Source: Pocillopora damicornis (taxonomy: Eukaryota). Taken from it: a stretch of 64,000 bases of DNA. Every line of letters begins with the position of its first letter. The stretch's first letter is position 1. Made by a program: the position numbers and the translations under genes. The stretch is taken from contig NW_020846447.1 of the NCBI RefSeq assembly GCF_003704095.1, positions 186,001 to 250,000 on the forward strand, given 5' to 3'. Positions 21,801-34,700 of the stretch are shown here, in pieces. Under the pieces are notes generated by a model. It was not told the origin of the DNA, ran no database searches, and saw only the letters and a list, made by a program, of their open reading frames with translations.

Positions 21801-24800
21801 TACTGTTGGGAGAAATTAGATGATTATCACTCTTGGGAGTCAAAGGGTTAAGAACCGGGAAAGTAAGAAAAAGGTGGTATCTTACTTAAATATTTGTTTG
21901 GCGCCGGCGAAGAAGTCTTCTCGTTTTCTTCTCGCTGATTTACTTGGTGGTAGAGGAGGTTTGTTTGGGAAGTACATACAGACTAACAGGAAAAGAAAAA
22001 GAACAACGCCACATTCTGTAAAAAGAAAAAAAATAATATGATGAAATTAGCAAATGTACAAGCTGGCTTGATAAAAAATAATAGACGCTGATTTTGTAAA
22101 CTGAGGCTAACTCACCAACATATAGTAACATCATTATTTCTTTTTTTCCGTCCTTGAGTAGTCGCTGTTTAGCTGGAAATAAGAAGGAACAAAGTAATGA
22201 AACAAACATGTAACAGTAGTGTTCAAAATAAAAGTAATGATGACGATGATCACAACAATTGTAATAATGGTAAAAGTAGTAGAAAAGAAATACGGGATTG
22301 AAACAAACTTAATGACTAATGCCGGTTTTTCCTTTATTTCTGTCGGATATTAAGAACATTACAGTTCATTTCTGACAAAATACATTTTGTGATAACAACG
22401 CGGAAGAGGTTTCCACGAACAGGAGATCAGCACTAAAACGTTTTAGATGGACGAGGACACCGTCCAGCACTAACGCCGAAAACACGAGTCGTGGTCGCTT
22501 AAAATTCCTTGCTATGCAAGACAATTCCTTGCTATGCACCACAGTAATATGCGATGCTAACTTCTGGAAACAAAGGCAAACTTTGACAGGCATCAGCAAA
22601 TTTGCGTGTTTCACAAACCTCTCAAACTTCCGAAACTGATTGACAAGTAACCGTGTGCAATGCCAATACTAAATCGAGAAAACAGGTCGTGGAGCTTAAC
22701 AGACTGGACAGATGAAGGTTATCATATTGATGTAACACAAAACTCTCCTAATGATTTTACAGGGTCATGTATCTGAGCTGGAGGGGAGGGTGACAAATTT
22801 GACCCTTGGAGTCAAAACTACTGATAAGAGTCGAAACACACCTTCCTCTAAATCAGGAGTTATCCCGATGCCTGCAGTTCGTTGATAAATAGCTTCAATT
22901 TCCCTGGGATGAAGCTTTCTTTCCCACACTGCTAACTCGTCATACGCAGCTTTTGAAAAAGCATAGACATTATTTGGTCTTCCGAGAGTGAACATCGTGA
23001 AATAACTCCTCTCGAGTTGGGTGGTTTTCCCCTTTGGGTCCCCACCCACATAAGAACCATTCGAGTAAATCACAAGTCCTTCACGCTCGTCCCACGTGAA
23101 CGTCACGTGCGTCCAATTGCTACGTGGCACGGAGAAGCTTCGTTTCCATAGCACCGTGCCGTTTTCTACTTTAATGGCCAAGTGGTCTTCCTTGTCGTAA
23201 GGAAAATCTTGATAAATTAAAAATCCTTTAAGACCATCTCTGTTTCCGCTGGTCCCCATGAAATACTGCAGACCGTTAGCGTCCAAGATTTCATATTTCA
23301 TCCACAGCGCAACGGTAAAACCATTCGGGCACAGGGACGGGTCACTCACACAAGTGTTTATAAAAGGGCCAAGATTTACCCAAGCGCTTTTACCGTCAGT
23401 CATTAAACTCTGATTGACGACACCTTGTTCAGTGGTGCATTCATTGAATAAAAGTCCCTCCTTGTTCGTTTTAAATTCCCTGAGTCCTTTGTTGATTGTA
23501 ACTCTCCCATACTCTTCGGGATTTCGTAAATTGGTGCTATTTTCCTTCCTCTCTTTTCTGATGGATTGGACATTTTGAATGCTGATGTTCAGATTGTCCA
23601 AAGGCCAATAGTACATAGCATCTCGGTATATAGATTCTAAAAGCCAACAAAATAAAAAAAAAGTTAATTCAAAGAATGCTCCTTCGGGCTACCACTGAGA
23701 AGGATGAAAAAAAGAGTTATTGTCTTTGAGTAATTAGGCTTTATCGTTTGTCACTCGATGTAATGACTTCCAATTAGGATCGCGACGTTCCGACTGCTTA
23801 GTGCAAGTTCCCGGCTTTCAGGCGATGAAGTCGAATGGTTTACATAGGATGACTCTCGACTCTTAAAACCCTGAGAATTACAAGCATCTAATTTCTCTTT
23901 ACTTTAAATCTTCTGATTGTTAACTTTAAACTTGAAAATCAAGTTAGCTCACACAAAGTTTTTAAAACTTTGCAAAAAACCGATTCATGTTTTGTTGATA
24001 ACAACTATCCTGTCTTGCCGTTGAGCAGTTTCGTTTCTTACCTGAATATAAAGTGTTTCCATTGAGGTACAAATCTAAAGTATCACTATAAAAATCAAAC
24101 CAACAAAAAGGATATTAAAGTCTGTTTAAACACAAAAAATACTTCTTAATAAATTTTAAACATGAAGCTATCGATGAATGGCTCTAGAGCTAAGAAAATT
24201 TGGAGACGAAATTTTATTTATCAAAAGCGAGTGAATAGAGGTATGTAGTGAGAATTTTTGGTTTAATTGCGAGCTCTCCTTTAGGTACTCGATGCACAAA
24301 CCAAATAGACAAATGCCTACAAAACATAAAAAAATATTGGCCAAAAATTCTAAGCTATCTCTATCAGTCTATACGCAATAAAGGCTTACAAAGAAAGCTT
24401 TAAAAAATTAANNNNNNNNNNNNNNNNNNNNNNNNNNNNNNNNNNNNNNNNNNNNNNNNNNNNNNNNNNNNNNNNNNNNNNNNNNNNNNNNNNNNNNNNN
24501 NNNNNNNNNNNGGGTGAAAAATGATGTTTCGAGCGTCCAAGGTAAGGGGAATGCCTTATGAGAATCACATTGTTTTGCCCAAGAATGACTCGCAAAAAGA
24601 GCAAAATTCCACGAGTTTCGTTTTTGTGACAAATTATTTAGGTCACGACTCCCAAACTAAAGAAGACCATCTTCTTTTCCTTAAGCTGTGAAAAGAGAAA
24701 GCATGAATATTGCCGTCAAAAACCTTACCAGATAGCGTAGGACGGATCTGACGTCACACATCTTAATGCTGTTCCAACGAACATAAACGCACAAGAAATA

Positions 24801-27194
24801 AGAACACTCCGTCTTAGTCCTGTCAATCAAAAGGAACAATGGCTGTTGACATCAATCAGATAACGCTTTGCGCTGGATAAATCTTTATCCGGTAGATAGT
24901 GCAGTAAGTTTTGTTAACACGTATCTGCTGGATAGCGTTAACTGCTCATTGAGCACCCAGATGTTAAGATGATTAGGTACATTCCCAAAGACTCCAAATT
25001 TTTCTCAAGTTTGACAAAGACGCGAGCTTAGTCGAACCGTTTAACAAGTGTTTCGGTTAAAGGACCCAACAAAAAATCCCTAATAGTAAGTAAAAACTTC
25101 CAAAAGTAAGAATCATTAAGTTAAATCATATTATGATATTCACAATTGGCAATACATGTATACTATCGACTCTCCTGTTTTCCTATCACATTGGCTCAGC
25201 CAAACCTCTCAGTTGAAGCAATATTTTCAAGAGTAAGAAACCAAGGGCAGGCGGAAAGGGAGGGATCCAGGTGTGCAGGTGACCCTCCCCACTCTGAAAT
25301 CAATATGAAATCGCTTTGGCTTGCCCCTCATAACATTCATAGGTTACAAAGAGTACAATAACATCTATCTGCCCTTGCTTCCAACATGTGCATTTAGAAG
25401 CTGCCAGGCACAAGTTCAAACCCCGTTTAATCAATGAATTTACTATAATAATTTTGTTTGCAGTTCGCATACGAGGATCATCCTTTGAGATGCCACGCTA
25501 GGCCATCTTTCCAAAATAAGCGCTGCGTGACAACTTTAACCCTTTAAATTCCAGATACGATTGGCGTTTTATTTCTCCCTAAAACATCCAAACCCTATAT
25601 CATCGTTGAAGAATTACCTTTCTCATCCATCAACCAGGAGAAAAAAAACATTGAACATAAATAAGTGATAGGATCCATGCTAGCCAAGAAGGCAATTTCT
25701 GTGTTCGTCCAATTGAAAACCATTTTAGCGGTAGTAGCGATTGGCCCATACGTGTTCCACGCGCAGTACTGGCTAAAACTTATCACAGAGAATAACAGCA
25801 GGATATAAAAACGTCTTTTGTAGCTTTTAATCTCCACTGGGGGATCATCTGTAAGGTAAGATCCTTTATCGTCCGTAAGGAGCACTGTATCGGATGAAAG
25901 GGAGTCTTCAGCACGTTCAGGTGAGTATCGCTGAAGATCTGCAGAGAGTAAAAGAGAGAGAGAGAATTAAAAGTATTCATATGCATCTGATTCGGTTGAC
26001 GCGAACCTTTGCGGTACGTGAGGAAAGTAGACCCTTTCCAATTCTCCATACTTTCTGCCATATAATTGTTTTGATGTCACTTCAGAGAATTTAGTATTGG
26101 ATCAACTAATAATCTCCTCATAAACATTTTTCGTTATTTTTATCATTTGTCAACTTGATATTGTATTGATATAGTGAGGAGAAATTCTGCCCTGGTCACT
26201 CATTGAAGTTTTAGGGTTAGGCCCACCAACAAAAACATTGTAGCTCAATTGAAGTAAACACTCAAGAGAGACATTTTTCTTCGTCCAACACTCGCTTGTG
26301 ACCTATTTTAAGTCTACATTTTATCGTCAGATTTTCTAACGTTAGTCAAATCAGCCAATTTTTTAAAGGTCATTTATATTTTCTGCACATTTTATATTTC
26401 AAGGTGGCGCCGTAAGTTTGTTTGAGAGAGCAGTTCAAAGCCTTTGATTGTACTTTAGTAATAATTGGAGGGCTGGAGTATATTTTTGCACCAAAACAAC
26501 GGTGAATTATGACGCATGTTTTATTCACAAAATTCTTAGAGTTGACTTAGGCGTAGAATTTGTCAACTCTGGCGGGCAGAGTGCTTTGAGAGCCGTTTCC
26601 CTTGACCAACTAATTCAGCCAGATTGATTATAAAACTGAAAACCAAAACTCCATGACGAATTTTTTGATTACAAGGCACTGCAACAAATTACTTCATTTA
26701 AACAGGAGCTGTAAATAATTAACAGTTTTAACTTTCTCGAAGTGGTGACTGCGCCTGCAATTTTCAGGAGAGATTGGGTAGTTTAGCAACAGGGTTTTTG
26801 CAACAACGAACGTGATTCCTTGACGAAAACCAGACTATTTTCCTTGAAAAATGTCTTCTCACTCTTTGCTACCCAATCAGAATGGCAGGGGTTTTTACAA
26901 AGAAACAGCGATCGAACATTAAACCTCCCTCGAAAGTCTTTCAGTTTTTTCTTCCTCGCGATTTGTCACGCAAAGTTTCGTGACAACCGAAAAAAACTTC
27001 TGACTAATATTTTTGTTTCTTTCTTGTTTTAATTTTAATTTTCCACCACGCGTACCTTGAACGTGAGTACACTTCTTGGGTTTATAATCTTCCCTTCTCA
27101 CCCAGGGATCGTCAAGATCGACTTCCACTAATTCATTCTCTTCTGGATCTAGAAATGACTTGCGGTCCTCAGATTTTGAGCCGTTTGGGTACAT
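18891..27194 (-). CDS. SLC49A4: SLC49A4/DIRC2-like MFS transporter with inserted LamG-like domain. Exons 27194-27056, 25938-25618, 24819-24729, [gap], 24085-24042, 23636-22842, 22172-22116, 22015-21886, 21186-21140, 20778-20717, 20169-19983, 19723-19541, 19144-18891
   Basis: YKRRFYILLLFS, WNTYGPI, WLMDEKGLRRSVL, ALRC, IMMLLYVECG..YFPNKPPLPPS, GVYSGWG, EAGWIGF, IPLFYELTVESTYPVAEGVT, WMNWC, YRRLNLD; all visible introns are GT-AG with matching phases; TM4-5 exons not visible (presumably in the gap at 24412-24511). Confidence 0.9.
19365..19505 (+). mobile_element. Degenerate tRNA-derived SINE (second family)
   Basis: gtaattcagttggtag ... gtgttcaattcccctcgaagcctgatttttttt ... gaagatca. Confidence 0.6.
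22842..23636 (-). CDS. Exon encoding a LamG/concanavalin A-like (pentraxin-fold) domain, 265 codons, phase 1-1
   Basis: YYWPLD, CVSDPSLCPNGFTVALW, WTHVTFTW..EGLVIYSNG, TLGRPN, YDELAVWERKLHPREIEAIY; six N-glycosylation sequons; acceptor tttag|AA, donor G|gtgtgt. Confidence 0.88.
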
Positions 27195-29899
27195 CTTGGA
27201 ACCCCTGTCTGATACCAGCACGGAGCCTGTGAGAGAGATAACAATAAAAGTAAAAATGAAAAATCACCGTTCGGAGGCGCATTGTAAATTTTGTGAGTGA
27301 CAATTGTATCAAAGTAGTTGAAAAGCTAAAAGGAACATTTCCAGAAATCATCAGTAGGCCAGAAAGTCCACTCTTGAAGCTTAAGTTAAGATGCTTTAAA
27401 TGCTTTATTACGGGTACCTGTGAAAAATAAATCACCAAAATAAAACTCCATAAACAAAACTGCCGGGTCTTACATGACCCTACAAGGCCTTTTATCAGGC
27501 ATTTACATGCACAACATATCATCGAAAAAAACTTCAAAAACCGACCTTTCGATTATGACGCGAAACTATGAAAACACCCCATGATTTGTTTGCCACACAA
27601 GCGATAAGATATTTCGTTGGTGTGTTAAGATGCAATTAGTTGCAACAAGCGCTTCCAAGGTAATTGAACTTAATTTTGCATGCACGCAATGCTCAAACAA
27701 AAAATTTATATATATTTATTATATAAAACGATGTTCTTAAGAACAAGGATCATGTGGTGAAGTTTCTGGATCATTCCATGTCTTTCACGGTGAGTTAAAT
27801 ATAAACTGAACAGATGAATAAATTGGACTGATAAAAAATAAACCTTACCAATGAATATTTTTGACTGATATCAAAACTAGATGAAAACAACTCGGATATT
27901 TGCTCAAAGTACTTAAACCAAAAAAGCTCATGAAAGTTTTTCGATCTTTAAAGGAAGCTTACTCGAGCAAATCGACGTACAAAGTTCACTATTTGAAATG
28001 CTAAAATTAATCCATTACACTCTATTCTTGTTCAGAAACATGTATGCTATTATATAATACTTATTACGGCTGTTTTCCCACCGAAGCAAATCTGTATGGA
28101 ATTATATTCTTACCCCTATAGGCAGAAAACCTTCCCTTACAAGCATACTAAAGTTTTTAGGTCAAAAATTTGTTTCAATTCGGTGAAAAGAGTACGAAAC
28201 CGGCATTTTAAAATTTTCTATTTAAAATTACGCAGGCAAAATCGTCGACACGAAAATTGCAAATCTAATGTTTTTCACACAGCTAAACTTAATCTGAGGG
28301 TTTCTTAAGAAAGGAAAAGTTATAATTTCAAATCCAGAATATTTACCCGATGAGAGATTCCGGTTCTTTCACAAAGTACGCCTTCGGGAGATTACAGGAA
28401 ATCCATTGTCAAAAGCAAATCTATTTCTTAGCTTGTCTTTGCCACAACGCTCCAACGCCTCGTATCATCAGTCCTACAAAACTTTGCCCTGTTAATCCGA
28501 TTCAAAAATCCTTTGCATTTATTCCACGACATAATCGTTTGTCCTGACAGTATTCGGCAGATTGTTGTTGCGGAACAAAGGTTTAGGTTATTTTTTACCC
28601 CGAAGTAGATATTGTTCTAAATTTGCATGGAAAGGGCGAAACAAGTTGTGAAAACAGAAGATGATTGACAGCAATAGTAAGGGGAAAGTTTTGATTGGTC
28701 ATTTCAACAAAGAGCGGGCTTTCCACGTGTGACCTGCGTGATGACGCAACCGTTATTTTTGTCACGCATACAATCATTAAAAACGTTCCTAAAAGCGAAC
28801 AATCATCTCACAACTTATATACGGGAATCGTTATGGAGAATCCACCAAAAATCCCACGAAGTGAGTTCCAACGTGATTCTAGAAATGCTAGTTTCTCATT
28901 AAATCGATAATCGACAGATTTCCTTAGGCCTCGGCCTTACAGAGATCAATATCCAAGGACTGTCAAGAATGGCATTAATAAGAATTAAGATTTTGAACTG
29001 TGTTAATTCTTGATCTAACTGAGACGAATTAATGACACTTGCCAGTTTTTAAGAGGAAAGGAGCCTCAGTATTTTGAATTTAATCTCAGTTAAGAATTAT
29101 TTTTGTCTAAATGGTACTCAAGATTAAGAGTGTTTCATGGTAACGGCCGCTTAATCATTTTCAGGGGGCGGCGTCTGTCAGATGTTTTTGTCAGTGCTTT
29201 ATAAATTAAGTGCGGAAAACATTCAGAACGAACTAGATTTGAATGAAAATCTGCATATCATTGATAAACCGCCTGTTGAGTTGAGTACGGACTACTGACT
29301 ATGGAATCGGAGTGAGGGGTAAAGCATTATTTATCAAATACACGGGGAAAGTTATTACAAAGGCTCTCCGATTATCAAGAGAAGACGTAGTGAAATGTCC
29401 GCTTTTCCAAGGTCATACTAACCTAACACAAAAAGCCTCCGACAAAACGTTAAATTGAACGTAAACAAAGCTTTTAACCCCTCTAAGCTTGGTCAACCAT
29501 AACACTTAATCATTGCACAGACATCTTTAAGCGTTTAAGGTCCACTTCGTGTAACTTTTTTCGTTACATTTGACGATGGGTTATGGTACACTATCTGCAC
29601 TATGGTTGTTAGACATCTAATTTACCAAGTAAGCCGGAAAAGTTTGGAAATGTTTTTAAGTTCTTCACTGATATGCTGAACTGACCTTGGAATTAGGACT
29701 CTATTTTTTTAGTTAAATCTTGAATCAAATCAAATATTTCTAGCCTACGGCTAGTGGTTCGGTTGAGTTTTGGACTTTACCAAATTTGCGTAATGCCACT
29801 TCACAATCTGTGAGAGTGTTGAAACTGTTTTTATTTTAGAAAGAGAAGGAAACGTCAGAGAAATTTTCCAGTTTATGGCTGATTTTGTTTCGTAACGTA

Positions 29900-30570
29900 A
29901 GTGAGAAAAACTTGCGCATCTTCAAGGAGCGAAGAATCAAATCATGTGTCCTGCGTTCAGGTCCTTTGCTATTTGTTTGAAATGCTCAATAGTCGAACCA
30001 AAACACGAAAAACAACAGGAAAGTGCGCGACCTTTCAGTTTCATCTACTACTAATGCTACACTAAGTAGAAAATCTCTTTCAATTGACAGTTTTCACTTC
30101 CTCTCCCCGCTTCGTAATCTTTTTGTATTCACGTGCGGAGCGCGTGCTTTCACAAATTAGTTAATCACGTTAACCAAAGAAATCTAACCTTGACATTGGA
30201 GAACTGACGTGGACATTGTTCGTGTACTTTTAGTTCGTTTTCGCGGAGTTTTAGTTAAATGTTTTGGAAATTAGTTAGATTGCTTGGAAATTTACGATGT
30301 TTCGGAGTTTTTTTTTAATCCAAATCTTGTGGTTCATTTAACAAGTTTAATACATATTTTTACGGAGTTTGGACCCTAGTCTCTTTTTTCGGAAATGGAT
30401 ATTTTAAAATTTGAGGGAGAAACTCGTGCGTGTTCAAGGAGCGAAGAATCAATTCGTGTTGCTCGCGTTCAAGGCCTCTGCTCTTTGTTTGAAATACTCA
30501 ACAGCCGAATCAAAACACGAAAAAATGCGCAAGAAAATGAGCCACCTTTCAGTTTCATCAATTACTGACG
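29900..30570. repeat. ~160-bp diverged direct repeat (~29900-30057 and ~30411-30571)
   Basis: ttcaaggagcgaagaatcaa, tttgtttgaaat.ctcaa, aaaacacgaaaaa and acctttcagtttcatc shared in the same order. Confidence 0.85.
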
Positions 30571-31012
30571 CAAGCATTCAGCAATCTCAAGATATCGTTT
30601 TGAACATTTACTTCACTGGTGTATTGAAAACCATCTAAAAATCAGTGTTGCATACAAGATTACATATTTCTGTCACAAAACTCACCCCAAGGCTACTTCG
30701 ATGAAAAAATAAGTGGGACATACAAACCTTTCTTTACAGTAGACACCATCGGTGACAAATCGCATTTGACTTCATTCGCCTCATTTAACGGAGCAACGCT
30801 TGAGCGCATTTTGTAAAAAAAACGACGAAATTGTCCTTAAATTCTCGCAAAAAGAGAGTAGCTCTCATCCATCGAGTTTCATCGCGATACTCGCTTTCGA
30901 AGCCATTCAATCTATGGAAGACCCGACAATAAATATATGACTAATTCAGCTACTAATTTCTTAATTAGTATTCATGATTTTCATTACGTCATAATTATTT
31001 ATATGGCATCAT

Positions 31013-31703
31013 TAAGGGATGTTGACATGGAGGTGGGGACCCCAGGTAGGTGAGGTAACCCGCCTAGGTGGGGTAACCCGCTTGTTCATAGAATTTCTTA
31101 TTTTATCTTGATCACGTTTACATGATAGGTGGGGTGACCCGCCTAGGCGGGTTGCCCGGTCTGCCAGGTTGAGTAATCCTGTCAGCCGGGGTGACAATTT
31201 GCCATGTAAACGTCCCAAGGTGGGGTGACCCGTCTAGCCGGGGACGCTTTCATGGCAAAAAAACCCGAAAGTGAAACACGTATGCTTTAAAACTTTGTAC
31301 ATTTCTTAGCCGTCTCACGCCAGAAATCACCAGAAACCGCAACGGACACACAGAGTGTAAAATGTTCACATTTCGAAATATTTAGCGTTGTAAATCGACC
31401 ATATTTCAAACTATTCCTTATAACGTACCAAGTTAACGGTTCCTCGCGTAACCTAACACCGCGTAACACAACGCGTGACACTTTCATGAATAAATACATA
31501 CGTATCCGGGAATTAATCTTTCGTCTTTCTCGAGACTTGAGCATGGGATGCCTTTGCTCAAACTCCCTAATTGGAAGTGCAACAACAGCCTCAGCACAAC
31601 GGGGTTGTAAGATTGTATGTAGACGCGTTTTGTTTTTCGACCACGGCTAGGCGGGTTACCTCACCTACCTGTGGTCCCCCACCTCCGTGTAAAAAGGCCC
31701 TAA
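31013..31703. mobile_element. MITE with ~55-bp TIRs and GGGGTAACCCGCC internal repeats (PIF/Harbinger-like), with a nested foldback fragment
   Basis: acatggaggtggggaccccaggtaggtgaggtaacccgcctag versus ctaggcgggttacctcacctacctgtggtcccccacctccgtgt; TTA/TAA flanks. Confidence 0.8.
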
Positions 31704-34700
31704 AAAAACGGCCATTGTGTTTAATTTTCGAAAGGCGCCGCGAGGGAATTGTGCACACAACAGGAGATACAGTTTTGTAGGAGGAAATTCTCCTAAGTCT
31801 ACAAGTAAGACATTTCAAGATATCAAAGCCTATTTATTATGTAAATTTTATACATTTTTTAATTGAGAAAAATAAATCTCTTACGAGATAAGTTGGCCTA
31901 GTTTATGCGCTTAAAACACTGTGCTAATATTCAAAATAATTCGAGAGATCTTTGAAGACCTTTCCTCTTCAACAGCGATTTTTTCATTTTAATCGACAGA
32001 GATGAAAAGAAAAAAAAATGGCGAGACTTCCACCTTAGCCCAGCTTGCGCACGGCCATTTTTATTTCGTCTTTATCTGGAACTCATTTCACACAGAGTAC
32101 GTGCTATCATTCGGGATCAAACCTGGCTTATGCTCTTTCCCACATATCAGATCATATAGAGAATATTGAATTTTATGATTATGTCAAGGACTTCCGTTTC
32201 AGTTTAAACTATTTTTAGTCGCTTTGAAAGGCCGCGGTGAGAACAAAAAAGTTCTCGCTCTTAAAACTCTGAATGTCAAAGATTCGAGAACGTTGGATAT
32301 TGGTATTGTTTTTTTTTATTTAACCTTCACCTTCACTTGCCTGCCACGTGCCAAGGTGTGGAATTCTAACTGTATAGACAGGTGATAATTTTCCACTTAA
32401 TATGTTATCAGCCTCAGTTAAATTTACGGAGACTCCTCGCAACGATTTTGAGACATTCTTTTTGATAGTCACCAAATATTGACTGTTCCATGCAGTCAGT
32501 GTATAGGAAATCAGTAAGAACTGGAATTTATTTAAAATATAACTTTATGCCCGATTCATTCTTTTCAGTCATCTCGTAACTGTTAAGGAAAAATCGAGAT
32601 GTTTTGCGAATCTTGACGTTATCTGTGCACCAAAAAAGTCGCGCTGTGTCACAACATTTAATGCTGCAAGTAAGATCTGACAGTGGAGAAAATTATCATA
32701 GATAAGTAGAAACAACCAGTTCGAGCAGTCAGTCACAATTTGTTTGAGAATAAGAACAAAATCAGATTATCTCGCTTGAAATGATGCGAATTTATTGCAG
32801 TATTTTCAAGTTGGTTTTTAGGTCTATGAAATATTAATCCTTGAATTTCAACTAGACTTTATTCACCGATTTCGGAAAGTTGTGACGTGCTCAGACGCAA
32901 AATGAAAATTTTCAGAAAAACGTTTGGCTGAGGAAAGAAAAACACTTTGACCCATGCACAATCAGCCTGTCACGATTACTTGCGTCAGAGGACTTAGTTT
33001 TAAAAAACTTGCCCGGGATCGTGATGTCATTCGAATGACTGTCAATGCCGAGGTCACAGAAGGAAGGCGTCACGGACCAATCAAACACAATCACGTTTTT
33101 GATGGACACTGAGGTCAGTTGTAAAGATTGAGTAACAACCGCTAAGGGCTGCGGCATGATATTAAACTAACATGAATCGTACTAATGTTTTTAACAGGAT
33201 ATGCCAAAGAGGAAACGCTACCCATATAGCTTGTGAACTTTGATCTAAAATCACTTAGGAATTTGCAGAACAGAATTCACAAGTTTTAATTGAGCAAAGG
33301 CGAAGAGTCTGTTTGACCCACTGGAATAGCCCCCTGTTAAAATAAAGGAGCACCTCCCGCGATTTTTCACGTGCACAATATTTCATATTGAATGGAAGGA
33401 ACAGAATATTGCTTTCTTTTAACACCAAATCCTAGGTATTTTCTTCTACTTTCAATTGGATTCTAGACCTTGTACCACACATAACGGATGTCAAAAAATC
33501 AGAGAAAGCGGAAAATCAGAAATTCCGATCTCAAACAAAGACAAATTGTAAAGAACATAAACTTGCGCTCTGTAACATAACAACCACGTGACTTTAAGTA
33601 AGGAAACACTCGCTGACGGTATAGTTTCACGTGGAATTTTTAACCAAAGAACGAGACGGTTTATTTTGACAATTATTTTCAATAAAATTCCTTTTTAACA
33701 GGTTCACGGTTTTAAAGGGCATCGATCAAATAGTTTGAGAACAAAGAATTGATAACAGAAAGATAATGTGACTGGAAACGTGAAGAGTATAACAATTCAA
33801 CGTCATTCCTGGTCACTGCCAAATTGTCTTTGCTGCTTTTCCAAGTGAAAAGAACGTGGAACGAAGTGGGATGTTGTCGAAAGATTATCCGTAATGTTAC
33901 CGCTGCCTAAGAATTCTCTGGTATGTTTTTTCGTCTGAGTAAGGCAATAAGAAAAAGAAAAATTTCCAGCGTTATCGAAGCCAATTTCATATCTCCACAC
34001 CTGACAGGTCAATCAAAAGCCTTTTCAAAAGAAATGACAGCCATTTCGTGCTTTAAAAACACCGACCTCAAATTTTTTCAAGAAACAAGAATCACTGGGG
34101 TTTTCCTTTTTAATGTTGACGCGATCTTTGACCGCATAAGAATAGAATTTTGCGTTTGATGTGAAGTTTAACTCACATTTTGCGCACGCAACATCTGTTT
34201 CGAGTACGTCGCGCCCGGTCAGTCTAAAGTTATTGTAGGAAACAATGTCACATCTCTTACGCCGCGAGTGGTTTTACCTTATGTCTTTCACACATGACAA
34301 ATACATTAACGATTTTTCTCCCAGCCGTTAAATTAAAGAAGGCGTTCTGAGGTGGCTCTGGAAAAGCGAAATATGGAATCCAGTGTTAGATAAAAACAAA
34401 AACGAGAAAAAAAAAACACGAAAAGGGTTTACAGAGAATCCAGAATGGAAATCAAGTGTTGAACCTCAGGGAAACGCTGTGAACAAAGAAAACCCGCGAA
34501 GATGTTTCTAACGACGTTAAGAAAGTGTGGGTGTTTAGGGAAGGAAGGGTATGTGACCTTTAATAATATTATTCTCTCTTACAATACAAATAATCCGCAG
34601 GGTATAGATTAGAGCTATCAACAAATCTTCTCGAGCCTCAACTCGCGTGACGTTGTGAATGCTGACAGGTTTTGTCTGTTTCTTTTTATCTTATAAAAAC

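Noticed and set aside
22765-23616. Stand-alone 283-aa LamG gene as given by the ORF track
   Set aside because: No signal peptide, and it is flanked by phase-matched splice sites that join it to transporter exons; the ORF ends are intron read-through
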